A stretch of 64,000 nt of DNA from Candidatus Iainarchaeum sp. (GTDB lineage: Archaea; Iainarchaeota; Iainarchaeia; Iainarchaeales; JAGVWC01). The DNA lies in NCBI GenBank assembly GCA_018304465.1, contig JAGVWC010000010.1, positions 1-64,000 on the forward strand, given 5' to 3'. A program made the position numbers and the translations under genes. Under the pieces are notes generated by a model. It made no database searches. It saw nothing but the letters and a program-made list of their open reading frames with translations, and was not told where the DNA came from. Below, one piece after another: positions 40,066-49,234 of the stretch. How positions within the stretch are numbered: position 1 is the stretch's first letter; each line of letters begins with the position of its first letter.

Positions 40066-41262
40066 ATGATCGACCAAGAATCGATAAAAACCGCGGCCAA
40101 GACCCTGCAAAGCCAAGGATGGCGCACATCCCTCACGGTTCTTGCCATCGTGCTTGGCATCACCGCCATCATCACCCTGGTTTCGCTTGGAGAAGGACTC
40201 AACGCCAGCGTCACCAAACAATTCCAAAGCATGGGAACCGACACCCTGGTAGTGTTACCCGGCAAAGGATTCGTGGAAAGCGCGTTTGCCCAACTTCGCG
40301 ACGACGACGATGAAACCATCGAAACCGTCCGCGGCGTCTCGTTTGCGGCCGAAATCTACATCGCCAGCCAGCAAATGGAATACAAAGGAGAACGCAAAAC
40401 CCGCCTCGTGATCGGAATCGATCCCGCCCAAATGAGCCAAATGAACATCATCGGACTCGTAAGCCTCGAATCCGGACGCGTCTTATCCCCCCGCGACCAA
40501 ACCGCTGTCATGGTCGGACCCCGCCTTGCCGAAAAAACATTCGAAAAAATCGTGTACGTCAACAACGAAATCAAAATGAACGACGCGCACTACCGGGTCG
40601 TCGCAAGACTCTCAAAAGCCACCAATTCTTTTTACGGAAACTTCATGGACAACGCCGTGATCCTCAATTCGGACCAACTCACCAAAATACAACCCGGCAT
40701 CAAACCCAACCGCATATTCGTCAAACTCGATGAAGGCGTAAAACCCGACGACGTCAAAGAACGCATCGAAAACGAACTCGAACTACGCCACAACCAAACC
40801 GACTTTCAAGTCATGACCCCGTCGCAAGTCGGAGAAACCGCAGGCAGCGTCATCGGACTCATTCAAACCATTCTCGTTGGAATCGCCGCCATCTCGCTTG
40901 TAGTCGGAGGCGTCGGCGTCATGAACACGATGTACATGAGCGTCACCGAACGCACCAGCGAAGTCGGCGTCATGAAAGCCATCGGCGCCGGCAACGAACA
41001 AATCCGAGACATTTTTCTCACCGAAGCCGCGCTCATCGGAATCATCGGCGGCATCATCGGAACCATCCTCGGCGTCGGACTCGCGACCATCATCACGATT
41101 GCGGCCCAATACGGCGGATTCGATCTGGAAGCCGTCATCACCTGGCCAACCATTGCCGGCGCGGTGCTGTTTTCCATGGGACTATGTTTGGTATTCGGTT
41201 ACCTACCCGCCAAACAAGCCGCGGACCTCGACCCGGTTGAAGCCATTCGAAGAAAAGGATGA
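40066..41262 (+). CDS. ABC transporter permease, MacB/FtsX family (second copy)
   Basis: GGVGVMNTM..VTERTSEVG..KAIGA and LDPVEAIR. Confidence 0.93.
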   Translation: MIDQESIKTAAKTLQSQGWRTSLTVLAIVLGITAIITLVSLGEGLNASVTKQFQSMGTDTLVVLPGKGFVESAFAQLRDDDDETIETVRGVSFAAEIYIASQQMEYKGERKTRLVIGIDPAQMSQMNIIGLVSLESGRVLSPRDQTAVMVGPRLAEKTFEKIVYVNNEIKMNDAHYRVVARLSKATNSFYGNFMDNAVILNSDQLTKIQPGIKPNRIFVKLDEGVKPDDVKERIENELELRHNQTDFQVMTPSQVGETAGSVIGLIQTILVGIAAISLVVGGVGVMNTMYMSVTERTSEVGVMKAIGAGNEQIRDIFLTEAALIGIIGGIIGTILGVGLATIITIAAQYGGFDLEAVITWPTIAGAVLFSMGLCLVFGYLPAKQAADLDPVEAIRRKG

Positions 41263-41439
41263 CACCGGAATCGGTGTCCCTGCAATAAAGTGAATAATCG
41301 TTCGAGCACTTTTTGTTCCATTAAACCTTTTCTGGTAATAATTTTCGGCTTCGGAATGTAAGTTGACTCCTTTGTCAGTCAAAGACACAGCATACCCCCC
41401 AGTTATTCATCCAAGATATCACGTGTCACAAAGGTACAA

Positions 41440-41556
41440 TGCGGGAGGCAGGATTCGAACCTGCGAAGGCACTAAGCCAGCGGGTCGCTTCAAGACTAAA
41501 ACATCCGCTTCAATCTTGCCTAAGCCCGCCCGAGTAGACCGCTATCGTACTCCCGC
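41440..41556 (-). tRNA. tRNA-Leu(UAG) with a 33-nt intron at 37/38 (41486-41518)
   Basis: Acceptor stem GCGGGAG/CTCCCGC, anticodon stem GCGGG/CCCGC, long variable arm and T-arm GCAGG-TTCGAAT-CCTGC. Confidence 0.92.
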
Positions 41557-41669
41557 TTCGCTCAAAAAGTGCAGAAATTCGATCCGCCCTTTTGGGTAAA
41601 TAAATAGCACACAGTAGGTCTTTAAATTTCTTCATTTCCGATTTTGGGGCTTGAGATTACGAAAAAAAC

Positions 41670-41840
41670 TTAGTGCTTGAGGATCTCTAAAGTTTTAACA
41701 TTTTTTTTCATGAGCTTTCGGACATTCGCCATGGCGCGACCCATATCCGAAAGAGGGACCGCTTTAAACTTGGATTGCACCAAGGCTATCTTTGGAATTT
41801 CAGATCCCGAAAAAAGGCGCGTTTCTTTTTTTGAACTCAT
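41670..41840 (-). CDS. 56-aa putative antitoxin of the Doc/Fic toxin (not in the ORF track)
   Basis: MSSKKETRLF...RKLMKKNVKTLEILKH; the C-terminal helix resembles Doc antitoxin tails and the gene is adjacent to the toxin. Confidence 0.5.
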   Translation of the reverse strand: MSSKKETRLFSGSEIPKIALVQSKFKAVPLSDMGRAMANVRKLMKKNVKTLEILKH

Positions 41841-41873
41841 CCTATAGTACTCTTCCCCGAACTATTTAAACAT

Positions 41874-42485
41874 TTATTTATCGGATTCTGAATCCCCCTT
41901 GAGTTTTTTCAAAATAGTTTGAATAAATTCAAATAACCAAGGGTGGGCAAATTTCTCATCTTCCGCCCGGATAACAAGGAGCTTGATTTGAGGATAGATA
42001 TCCACCGGACTTTCATAGTTGACGGCCGGATCGGCGCCGCTAAGCTCGAACAAAAGCCGGATCAACTTATACTCTCTGGAACCCTTGTTGTCTTTGAAGG
42101 TTTCCTCGATGGCGGCCAGCGGTCGCTCTCCATTCGAAATGAGTTGGGTTATTTTGTCCAAGGCTTCATTGGATTTTGCCTCGCTGTAAAACGGAGAAAA
42201 ACCGTTGCCCATCAAAAAGATGCTAAAGGATAGAAAAGCGGTTCGTTTGTTTCCATCACTAAACGGATGCCGCTTGGTCAGATAAAAAATGAGATAGCAG
42301 GCCACATAAATAATCTTGGTTTGCACATCCGAAGGAATAATGCCTGCGCTTTCCGGAAATTCGTTAACGGTTTCAAACAAGAATTCAAAATTGCTCTTTA
42401 AAACAAAACCTTTGGCATCCAGCGGAAGCGACTCATGAATTTTCAAAGCCAGTTCCTTTTGAACAGACTTATATTCCAAAGGCAT
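41874..42485 (-). CDS. Fic/Doc family protein
   Basis: HPFSDGNKRTA. Confidence 0.9.
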   Translation of the reverse strand: MPLEYKSVQKELALKIHESLPLDAKGFVLKSNFEFLFETVNEFPESAGIIPSDVQTKIIYVACYLIFYLTKRHPFSDGNKRTAFLSFSIFLMGNGFSPFYSEAKSNEALDKITQLISNGERPLAAIEETFKDNKGSREYKLIRLLFELSGADPAVNYESPVDIYPQIKLLVIRAEDEKFAHPWLFEFIQTILKKLKGDSESDK

Positions 42486-42628
42486 TCCAAGTGAATTAAC
42501 CATTGTTCCTTTAAGACCATCGAAAAATCGCTTCCAAAAAAAATCGAGCCAAACCAAAGACAAACAGAAAATAGTTTTAAACTGGTTTTGGCGATAATAC
42601 TTTTACAAACCGAAAACCGTTGGCATTC

Positions 42629-43027
42629 ATGACCCAAGAATTCGTCGTCCACAAATCTGTCATTCACGGAAAAGGCGTGTTTGCTTTGCGCGATTTCAAA
42701 CCCGGAGAAATCGTGATTCATTGGGACACCACGCGACAAATTTCCCGCGCTCAATTCGACCAGTTACCTGAAAACGAAAAAGCATTCATCGCAACATACA
42801 AGGGAAAACTCATTGTCCAGCAAGCCCCCGCAAAATTCGTGAACCACTCCTGTGACCCGAATACTCGCGTGAAAAACTTCTGCGACACCGCAATCAAGCC
42901 CATCAAAAAAGGAGACGAAATCACAACCGATTACCGCGACGACCCCGGATCCGAACTCGACATGTCCTGCAACTGTCAAACCCAAAATTGCACCGGGCGC
43001 ATCAAAGGAAAAAAACAAACAGTCTAA
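42629..43027 (+). CDS. SET domain protein with post-SET motif
   Basis: HGKGVFA, FVNHSCDPN, EITTDY and CNCQTQNC. Confidence 0.93.
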   Translation: MTQEFVVHKSVIHGKGVFALRDFKPGEIVIHWDTTRQISRAQFDQLPENEKAFIATYKGKLIVQQAPAKFVNHSCDPNTRVKNFCDTAIKPIKKGDEITTDYRDDPGSELDMSCNCQTQNCTGRIKGKKQTV

Positions 43028-43599
43028 TTCATCAAGCCTTTTTTCTTGAGCAACAAATAGGGATACCCGCGCTTGTCGGCTTTTGACACATTCAACCCCA
43101 GCGACTCCGCGAACCGATGCACACGCAAACGAGTTTCGTCCACGCCTCCAAAATCCTTTAACGCTTCGATTTCAACGAAAAAACCCAAATCCTTGACGTC
43201 GTCAAGCGCGATTTCAAACTCGTGTTGAAAAACAAAAGCCTCGCGTTTTTTCTCGATCGAAACGATTTTTCGAAAACCCAAAGAAACAAACAAGCGCTCC
43301 AAACCATCGCGGTTGCCCACATCGGTTTCGAATTCTTCGCAATGCGAAAACACTTCCACATTCTCGGGAAAAAAATGCTTGTAATTCAAAATTACTTTGG
43401 GACCGCGTTTTCGAATGCTTAACCATTCGAACGGATAGGCAACCGCCAAAAAATCCCGATGCGGCGCATTGAAATAATCATCCAACTGGTTTGAAACATG
43501 ACTGGCACCGCACGAACCCGATAAGCGTTCGGTTAACCGGTCAAACTCAGCTTTGTCCACCGGAATCTTGATTTCAACTTCCTGATTATGGGCCGCCAT
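43024..43599 (-). CDS. cyaB: CYTH / class IV adenylate cyclase family
   Basis: EVEIK, QLDDYF, LDDVKDLGFFVEIE and GY. Confidence 0.88.
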   Translation of the reverse strand: MAAHNQEVEIKIPVDKAEFDRLTERLSGSCGASHVSNQLDDYFNAPHRDFLAVAYPFEWLSIRKRGPKVILNYKHFFPENVEVFSHCEEFETDVGNRDGLERLFVSLGFRKIVSIEKKREAFVFQHEFEIALDDVKDLGFFVEIEALKDFGGVDETRLRVHRFAESLGLNVSKADKRGYPYLLLKKKGLMN

Positions 43600-43689
43600 G
43601 CCGAAGTCAAGGAAAAAAACCGTTAAAAACGCCACGGGTGGCCAAAAAAATAAAAAATGAGAAAAAAATAGAAAAAAAACAGCGATTAT

Positions 43690-43818
43690 TTATTCGTCAA
43701 ATTCTTCTTCGCTGTCCGAATCGTCGTCATCGTCATCGTCCCAGTCGTCGTCACCGGAATCGCTGTCGTCACCCGAATCGTCGTCATCGTCGAACGCCAT
43801 GAAATCTAAGGCTTTCAT
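43690..43818 (-). CDS. 42-aa hyperacidic peptide (not in the ORF track)
   Basis: MKALDFMAFDDDDDSGDDSDSGDDDWDDDDDDDSDSEEEFDE, with an AAGGAGGG SD and a TATA-like sequence upstream. Confidence 0.75.
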   Translation of the reverse strand: MKALDFMAFDDDDDSGDDSDSGDDDWDDDDDDDSDSEEEFDE

Positions 43819-43968
43819 CGTTGTGCCCCTCCTTTAGAACTATAAAAAATTTTAACAACTATTTCTCCGTAGTATATATAAATCCGACGGCGGGAAGGGT
43901 TGTATAAGGGAAAAAACCGCCTTTAAAGCCGTTTTAAAGGTTTTTTGGCCTTCCATTACCTCGAAAAA

Positions 43969-44041
43969 GGGCCCATGGTCTAGCGGTTAGGACGCGACAT
44001 TCACACTGTCGAGCTCGCCGGTTCGATCCCGGCTGGGCCCA
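43969..44041 (+). tRNA. tRNA-Val(CAC)
   Basis: GGGCCCA/TGGGCCC, CGACA-TTCACAC-TGTCG and GCCGG-TTCGATC-CCGGC, with TTTTAAA at 43932-43938. Confidence 0.95.
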
Positions 44042-44127
44042 ATTTTTTTGGTCAAAAAAACCAACCACTATTTTTTTGATAGTATTCAATGTCCTTAAAA
44101 ACAACTTTTCACGGAAAAACATATACC

Positions 44128-44817
44128 ATGGCAGAACACGACCTCCTGCTGATTCGAAAAATCGAAAACCTGCAGCGCGAACTCATCAACACCAAACAAA
44201 AACTCGGAGAAGTCGAGCAACTCAAAAAACAATTCAGTCTCCTCCAAAACGCGTTTAAGGAAATCCAAGAAATGGCAGGACACAACCCCGAACTGGGACC
44301 CGTCATCCAGCGGCACCTTCAAGACAAACAAATCTACACCTGGTTTTACCACCTCAAAACCACGGCGCATCAAACCAACAACCTGTTAAACGACTTCAAC
44401 CAAGACATGGTGGAAGCCACCGCGTTTTTGGAAACCCAACGCACCTGGCGCAATTATTCTTTTCCAAGCCACATCGACCTCATCACGTTTTTGGAAGAAA
44501 CCGGATTCGTATTCGACATCAAAACCTTCAAGTTCCGCCCCAACTACATGGGCGTCATTGATTTTTCGCCGCTCGAAAAAGAAGAAATCATTCTCAAAGC
44601 AACCAACGATTCGTGGACCATCGAACCCTCGAACATCAAATACGTCATCAGCTACCTGATGGACAAACGCGCGCCCGTGAGCTTCAAACTTGAAAACGAA
44701 TTCATGCGATTATTGGTGAAAAACAGCCAAACCGTCAAAATCGAAGGCCAAAACCTCATGATCCGCCGCCTGGATTTGATCGTCAAAACCAAAAACGGAA
44801 CCGTCCAAAACGATTAA
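44128..44817 (+). CDS. Hypothetical protein with N-terminal coiled coil
   Basis: Core-like codon usage and heptad pattern. Confidence 0.8.
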   Translation: MAEHDLLLIRKIENLQRELINTKQKLGEVEQLKKQFSLLQNAFKEIQEMAGHNPELGPVIQRHLQDKQIYTWFYHLKTTAHQTNNLLNDFNQDMVEATAFLETQRTWRNYSFPSHIDLITFLEETGFVFDIKTFKFRPNYMGVIDFSPLEKEEIILKATNDSWTIEPSNIKYVISYLMDKRAPVSFKLENEFMRLLVKNSQTVKIEGQNLMIRRLDLIVKTKNGTVQND

Positions 44818-44842
44818 AAAAAACAAAAACACTCTTCTTTTC

Positions 44843-45418
44843 ATGCCAAAACCCAAAGAAAACACCCGACGGTTGCGACCCATCGTCGTGCATCTGGGAA
44901 ACATCGGCGAATACCGCAAAGGAGAACGACCCGCCGAAAAAACCCGTCGGTACGCGCGCAGGTTTCCCGGCATCCAATTCATCGGCATCGATTTGAATCG
45001 GTTCGAAGGACGCCAACGCCGAAACTGGCGCCAACTTCAGGACAACTACCGAAAACAACTCAAGCGATATTCCCCCGAAAGCATTTCCTTGATCAGTTCC
45101 GACATGAGTCTCGGCCACACCTTCGAATTCCTCCTCGGACCCAGGGCCACGCACCGCGAAATATTCCAAACGATCTACGAAAAACTAAAACCCGGCGGAA
45201 AATTCTTGATGACGGTCGGCGAAACCCAACTGGAAGGAAAACCCAATGTCGTCATGATGTACTTGCTTGCCTGCGAAATATTCGGGGAACGAAACGTCGA
45301 AATCAAAAAGGTTCCGCCCGGCAAAAGCTGGACGCACTGGATGAAAAGATGGGAAAAAGAAGACAAAACCCCGGTGTACGTGATCACGGCAATGAAAGAA
45401 CGGAGGAAGAAAAAGTAG
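44843..45418 (+). CDS. Basic orphan, SAM methyltransferase-like
   Basis: VVHLG, FIGID and IYEKLKPGGKF, with an MPKPK leader and an ERRKKK tail. Confidence 0.7.
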   Translation: MPKPKENTRRLRPIVVHLGNIGEYRKGERPAEKTRRYARRFPGIQFIGIDLNRFEGRQRRNWRQLQDNYRKQLKRYSPESISLISSDMSLGHTFEFLLGPRATHREIFQTIYEKLKPGGKFLMTVGETQLEGKPNVVMMYLLACEIFGERNVEIKKVPPGKSWTHWMKRWEKEDKTPVYVITAMKERRKKK

Positions 45419-45471
45419 CCGCGGAAAAAAAGTTATGTAGATTTTAGCGACATAACAAATTCGTGTTTTTT

Positions 45472-48060
45472 TTAATCCGTAAACGCCGTCGCGGTCACGC
45501 CGCCATCCCAACTAAACCGCGGACGAATCTTAACCAACCACAACTTTTCCGTATTGTCATCCAAAATCAACGCATATCCTTTTCCGCGCGGCATTTCCTG
45601 GTACAACTTGTCAAAATCCGAATGCAAATACGTCGGACGAAGCTCCGACACCGCGGCAATATCCGATTGCGCCGTCATGCGATGACTGATAAACAAATCA
45701 CACTGCGAAATCGCGTCCGGATGAATCTTGTTCGGCCGCTGGGTCGCAAGCAACAACGACAACCCCGGCTGTCTTCCGACACGCACCCATTCCAACAACA
45801 CATCCAACGCGACATTTTGCTCGTCTTTGGGCATAAACATGTGGGCTTCGTCAATCAACATCCAAATCAACGGCATTTTCGATTCGCGACTGCCGCCTGC
45901 AATCAAATTCGCTTCTTCTTTTTTCCGATACAACATCCGTTCCTCGAACAGTTTTTTTCCGACCAACGCCACGATAATATCCCGCGGTCCTTCCATTCCA
46001 ATCGCCTGGCGATACGCGGACACATCAATAATCGTCACGACCCCCGGCTTTGCCAATTCGCTTAATTTTGTTCCGTCTTTTTCGAGTAGTCCCCAGGTTT
46101 TTGCGGCTCCGAGCCTTCCGATCAACGCGGACTTTGTCAAGGCATCCGATTCCGGATCTTGTCGCACCATTTTAATCATGTCATCAATGCCGTAATAGGT
46201 TCCCAGTTTTTCCTTGATGTCTTCCACCAACCGCGTCAACAACACGCCTTCGGGATCCTTCCAGGTTAATTTGAACAACGCCAACCATTCTACGCCCTCC
46301 AATTCACTGACTTTTAACGTGAACGCGCCGTCCACCGGAATCCCGTTTTTCTGATAAAACTCGAGTTTTCCCGCGGGCACCATCACGCGCACCGGAGAAG
46401 AATCCGGTTCCAAATCCCACGATTTCAACTCCGCTTTTTCGCGCGAATTCGGAATCTTTAACGTCCAAAAAATCCCCACGGTATCGATCGTGATCACGGA
46501 GATGCGGCTTTTGATATCCGCCATTTGCCGCGCGAACTCTTCAATGATGACGGACATCGTGTAACTGTTATGAACAATAATGTCATTGGCCACGAAATTG
46601 TGGTGCTCCGGCACCGAAATATCGAATACTTCGCACGGACCCGATAATACCCGCACAGACTTTATTTCGTCCCAGAAAATATCCGAATCCGCTAACTTTT
46701 CGATGATTTTGTTATGGTCTAACCGCGCGATCTGCAATAGTTTTAGCCGGGTTGGAGCGTAATGAATCGATTCGCGCAAGCTCTTTGGGAACGTTAATCC
46801 CATTTCTCGTCCGATTTTTGCCCAGGATTCCGGGCGGTATTGGTTCCAGATTTCTTTTGGGATCGTATCCGTGTTCGCATTGCGCTTGATTGACTTTATC
46901 TGTTCCAACGCTTCTTTTTGGCGGGTTTCCTTCTGTCCGAAAAACCCGATTTTTTTCAGGAAAAATTCGACATTGTTTCCTCGCAATTCCAACTCAAAAC
47001 TTGGAAAGACACGTCCTTCAAAAACAGTGTTCTTCTTTCGAAGCACTGAAAGGATCCCGAATCGATTCAACAGATGCTGAACCTGGCGGATTAATTGCTC
47101 CGAAACAGATGCGTACGCGATTCGCCAGGATTCGGTATTCGCATCGAAAAAGATTGTTCCGTCACAGCTGAACAGACGGTTTAGGAAAAGAGAAACTTTT
47201 TGTTCCGGCGACTTCAAGATCGAATCAGGAATAAATTTTGTATGCGAATTAACGTTGAATAGGCTCAATTCCTTCAGACGCTGTTTTAATCGATGCGGCT
47301 TTCGCGTCAGATCCATCTTGACAGGATAATCCCGGTTCTTTTTTGGTCTGAATCCCGCGACAACACGCAAACACGCGTTTGAAGCGACGGGTTCCACTCG
47401 AAGATTCGAGTCAAATTCCTTCAGAGCGTTTTCAAAATCACCCTGAATGGCTTCGTCGGTATTCGAAAACCACACGGCGTGCCGGGCCAAATGCCCTTCC
47501 GCGATCAAATACGCGAGGAGTTTCGTTTCCGCTTCAGAAACGAACTCGCTCCCAAAAAACGGCTGAATTCGCGGTGTTGCGATTCGAGAACCGATCGGAA
47601 GATCCTTGGCCGGAAACCAACCGCTAATCGTCAAAAGCGGATGCTCCGGAGTCAATTTGATCTTTTTTCCACTGTGCAATTCGATTTCAAGAAGTTCGTT
47701 AACAGTTCGGGAAAAAAATTCTGTTTTTTCCGATCCCACGATCTTGTAATCGGCATTCAATGAAGCCACTTTGTTTGATTCTTGTGCCAGTTCGCGGATC
47801 GGTTTTAGGGAACCGTCCGCCAATGGGATCAATGTATCTCCGTCCAGGCACTTTCCCCCACCGCGTTTTCCGCACACCAAAATCATATGCGGCTCGGCGA
47901 TGTCAATCAAGACTTTTCGTCCCAGCACGGGTGTTTGTCCGCCGCTCATCACGACTTTTCCGATGTACGCGGTCGCGCGTTCCCCGTACTTGGCAATCTT
48001 GCTTTCGCTTCGACCCAGAATCTGTATGCCTTCGCCCAAATTCACGTTTTCCATTGCCAT
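45472..48060 (-). CDS. HerA/FtsK-like (DUF87-type) ATPase containing an intein
   Basis: GKRGGGK/SYT Walker A split by the intein, MLIDEAH, GRQPG and ATQRP. Confidence 0.9.
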   Translation of the reverse strand: MAMENVNLGEGIQILGRSESKIAKYGERATAYIGKVVMSGGQTPVLGRKVLIDIAEPHMILVCGKRGGGKCLDGDTLIPLADGSLKPIRELAQESNKVASLNADYKIVGSEKTEFFSRTVNELLEIELHSGKKIKLTPEHPLLTISGWFPAKDLPIGSRIATPRIQPFFGSEFVSEAETKLLAYLIAEGHLARHAVWFSNTDEAIQGDFENALKEFDSNLRVEPVASNACLRVVAGFRPKKNRDYPVKMDLTRKPHRLKQRLKELSLFNVNSHTKFIPDSILKSPEQKVSLFLNRLFSCDGTIFFDANTESWRIAYASVSEQLIRQVQHLLNRFGILSVLRKKNTVFEGRVFPSFELELRGNNVEFFLKKIGFFGQKETRQKEALEQIKSIKRNANTDTIPKEIWNQYRPESWAKIGREMGLTFPKSLRESIHYAPTRLKLLQIARLDHNKIIEKLADSDIFWDEIKSVRVLSGPCEVFDISVPEHHNFVANDIIVHNSYTMSVIIEEFARQMADIKSRISVITIDTVGIFWTLKIPNSREKAELKSWDLEPDSSPVRVMVPAGKLEFYQKNGIPVDGAFTLKVSELEGVEWLALFKLTWKDPEGVLLTRLVEDIKEKLGTYYGIDDMIKMVRQDPESDALTKSALIGRLGAAKTWGLLEKDGTKLSELAKPGVVTIIDVSAYRQAIGMEGPRDIIVALVGKKLFEERMLYRKKEEANLIAGGSRESKMPLIWMLIDEAHMFMPKDEQNVALDVLLEWVRVGRQPGLSLLLATQRPNKIHPDAISQCDLFISHRMTAQSDIAAVSELRPTYLHSDFDKLYQEMPRGKGYALILDDNTEKLWLVKIRPRFSWDGGVTATAFTD
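46567..47850 (-). mobile_element. Intein (428 aa) with LAGLIDADG homing endonuclease
   Basis: Starts CLDGDT, has block B TPEHP, LLAYLIAEG and FLNRLFSCDG, and ends IVHN followed by S. Confidence 0.95.
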
Positions 48061-48171
48061 GGCATACTTTACACGAAGTCCGAATTTTTAAAACTGTCTC
48101 ATTGCCAAAAGCAATGGAATAGGTTCAAACCATTCAATGAAAAACAGTCGTTCAAAAACGAAAAAAAAGTG

Positions 48172-48378
48172 TTATCGTTGACCAGGCAACGACGTGAGTC
48201 TTCGCCGCGAAACCGCGGTTGTTTTGGCGGGAACACTCGAAAAAGCGGTTCGTTCCTCCACGATTTTTTTCCGTGGCAACCGATTCGTTTCAAACGCTTC
48301 AATATGCTGGTCTTGTACGCGTCGACCCGTTACCGAGTTTCTTCGAAAACCCCTAAAATCCACAAATGTATCAGACAA
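48172..48378 (-). CDS. Small basic hypothetical protein
   Basis: AGGTGG SD before the TTG start; lies upstream of the HerA-like gene. Confidence 0.55.
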   Translation of the reverse strand: MSDTFVDFRGFRRNSVTGRRVQDQHIEAFETNRLPRKKIVEERTAFSSVPAKTTAVSRRRLTSLPGQR

Positions 48379-48579
48379 ACAAAACCACCTATACTATTTA
48401 TGCGCCCATCTCATTTAATACCCGAGAAACCCGGTTTTTTTGAAAAAAAAGACTTTTTTACTGGAATCGATGGCGTTGGCTGGAAAGAATAGGGGAGGAG
48501 AGCCGCGGGGGAGCGGCCCTCCCAAAATCCTTTTGTTGGACAAAAGGAGGTGGGGTTAAGGGGGGTAATGAAATTAGCA

Positions 48580-49110
48580 TCAATGGTTCGCGAGATACAC
48601 GACCTTTTTTCCGGATTGGATTTTTTTCAGGTAACCTTCTTTGAACAACTTGTTCAAACGCTGACACGCCGCATTCAAGCCTTTGTATCCCAAAGACGCT
48701 TTGACGATTTCGGCGTCGACTTTGCCTTTTTGATCCACCAGGGTCAAAATCATTTGGTCTTGTTCGGGCAATACCTCAAACAAGTTTTTTTTGAGTTCCC
48801 TGGTTTCGGGAGAAGGGGCGGATGATTGCAGGAGGGGGTTAAGGGGGGAAAACCCTGCCTTTTGGGTTTTCCACTCAAACATCAACTGGTCATACTTTTC
48901 ATTTAACTGCGAAAGCAATTTGTTCGTTTCTTGACGCTCTTGCACGAGTTTAAACAACAAGGCCGAAACAACCGCCGGATTGTTCGAAACCTTTAGAATC
49001 TGATTCAAATCCACGGATAAAGAGTGGAACTCCGGAGAAACACTTTTTAAAACCGTTTCTACATCCGTTCTAAGCGCATCTGCTGATTGTTTCGAATCAT
49101 GATTTTTCAT
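48580..49110 (-). CDS. Coiled-coil plus C-terminal wHTH regulator
   Basis: AEIVKASLGYKGLNAACQRLNKLFKEGYL..GKKVVY. Confidence 0.85.
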   Translation of the reverse strand: MKNHDSKQSADALRTDVETVLKSVSPEFHSLSVDLNQILKVSNNPAVVSALLFKLVQERQETNKLLSQLNEKYDQLMFEWKTQKAGFSPLNPLLQSSAPSPETRELKKNLFEVLPEQDQMILTLVDQKGKVDAEIVKASLGYKGLNAACQRLNKLFKEGYLKKIQSGKKVVYLANH

Positions 49111-49135
49111 GCTGTATCATGATAGTATCATGATA
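49095..49135. promoter_or_regulatory. Triple palindromic operator over the wHTH start and promoter
   Basis: AATCATGATT at 49095-49104 and TATCATGATA at 49115-49124 and 49126-49135, abutting TTTATAAA. Confidence 0.65.
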
Positions 49136-49234
49136 TTTATAAATGAATGTGTCCAAACGGGCCTAAAAATAAAAAGGAAAAACTATTTTTGAAAAGACTC
49201 TTTGAACCCAGTTGATCTGCCAAAAAAAGCTTAT

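Noticed and set aside
41440-44041. tRNA-Leu or tRNA-Val as integration sites
   Set aside because: I saw no duplicated tRNA 3' end elsewhere in the window.
48550-48825. Plus-strand ORF after an SD-like GGAGGTG
   Set aside because: It is antisense to the wHTH gene and has no recognisable content.
48540-48850. G-strings as an archaeal ORB replication origin
   Set aside because: No TTCCAxTGGAA-type ORB core, no cdc6/orc1 neighbour and no visible skew switch.
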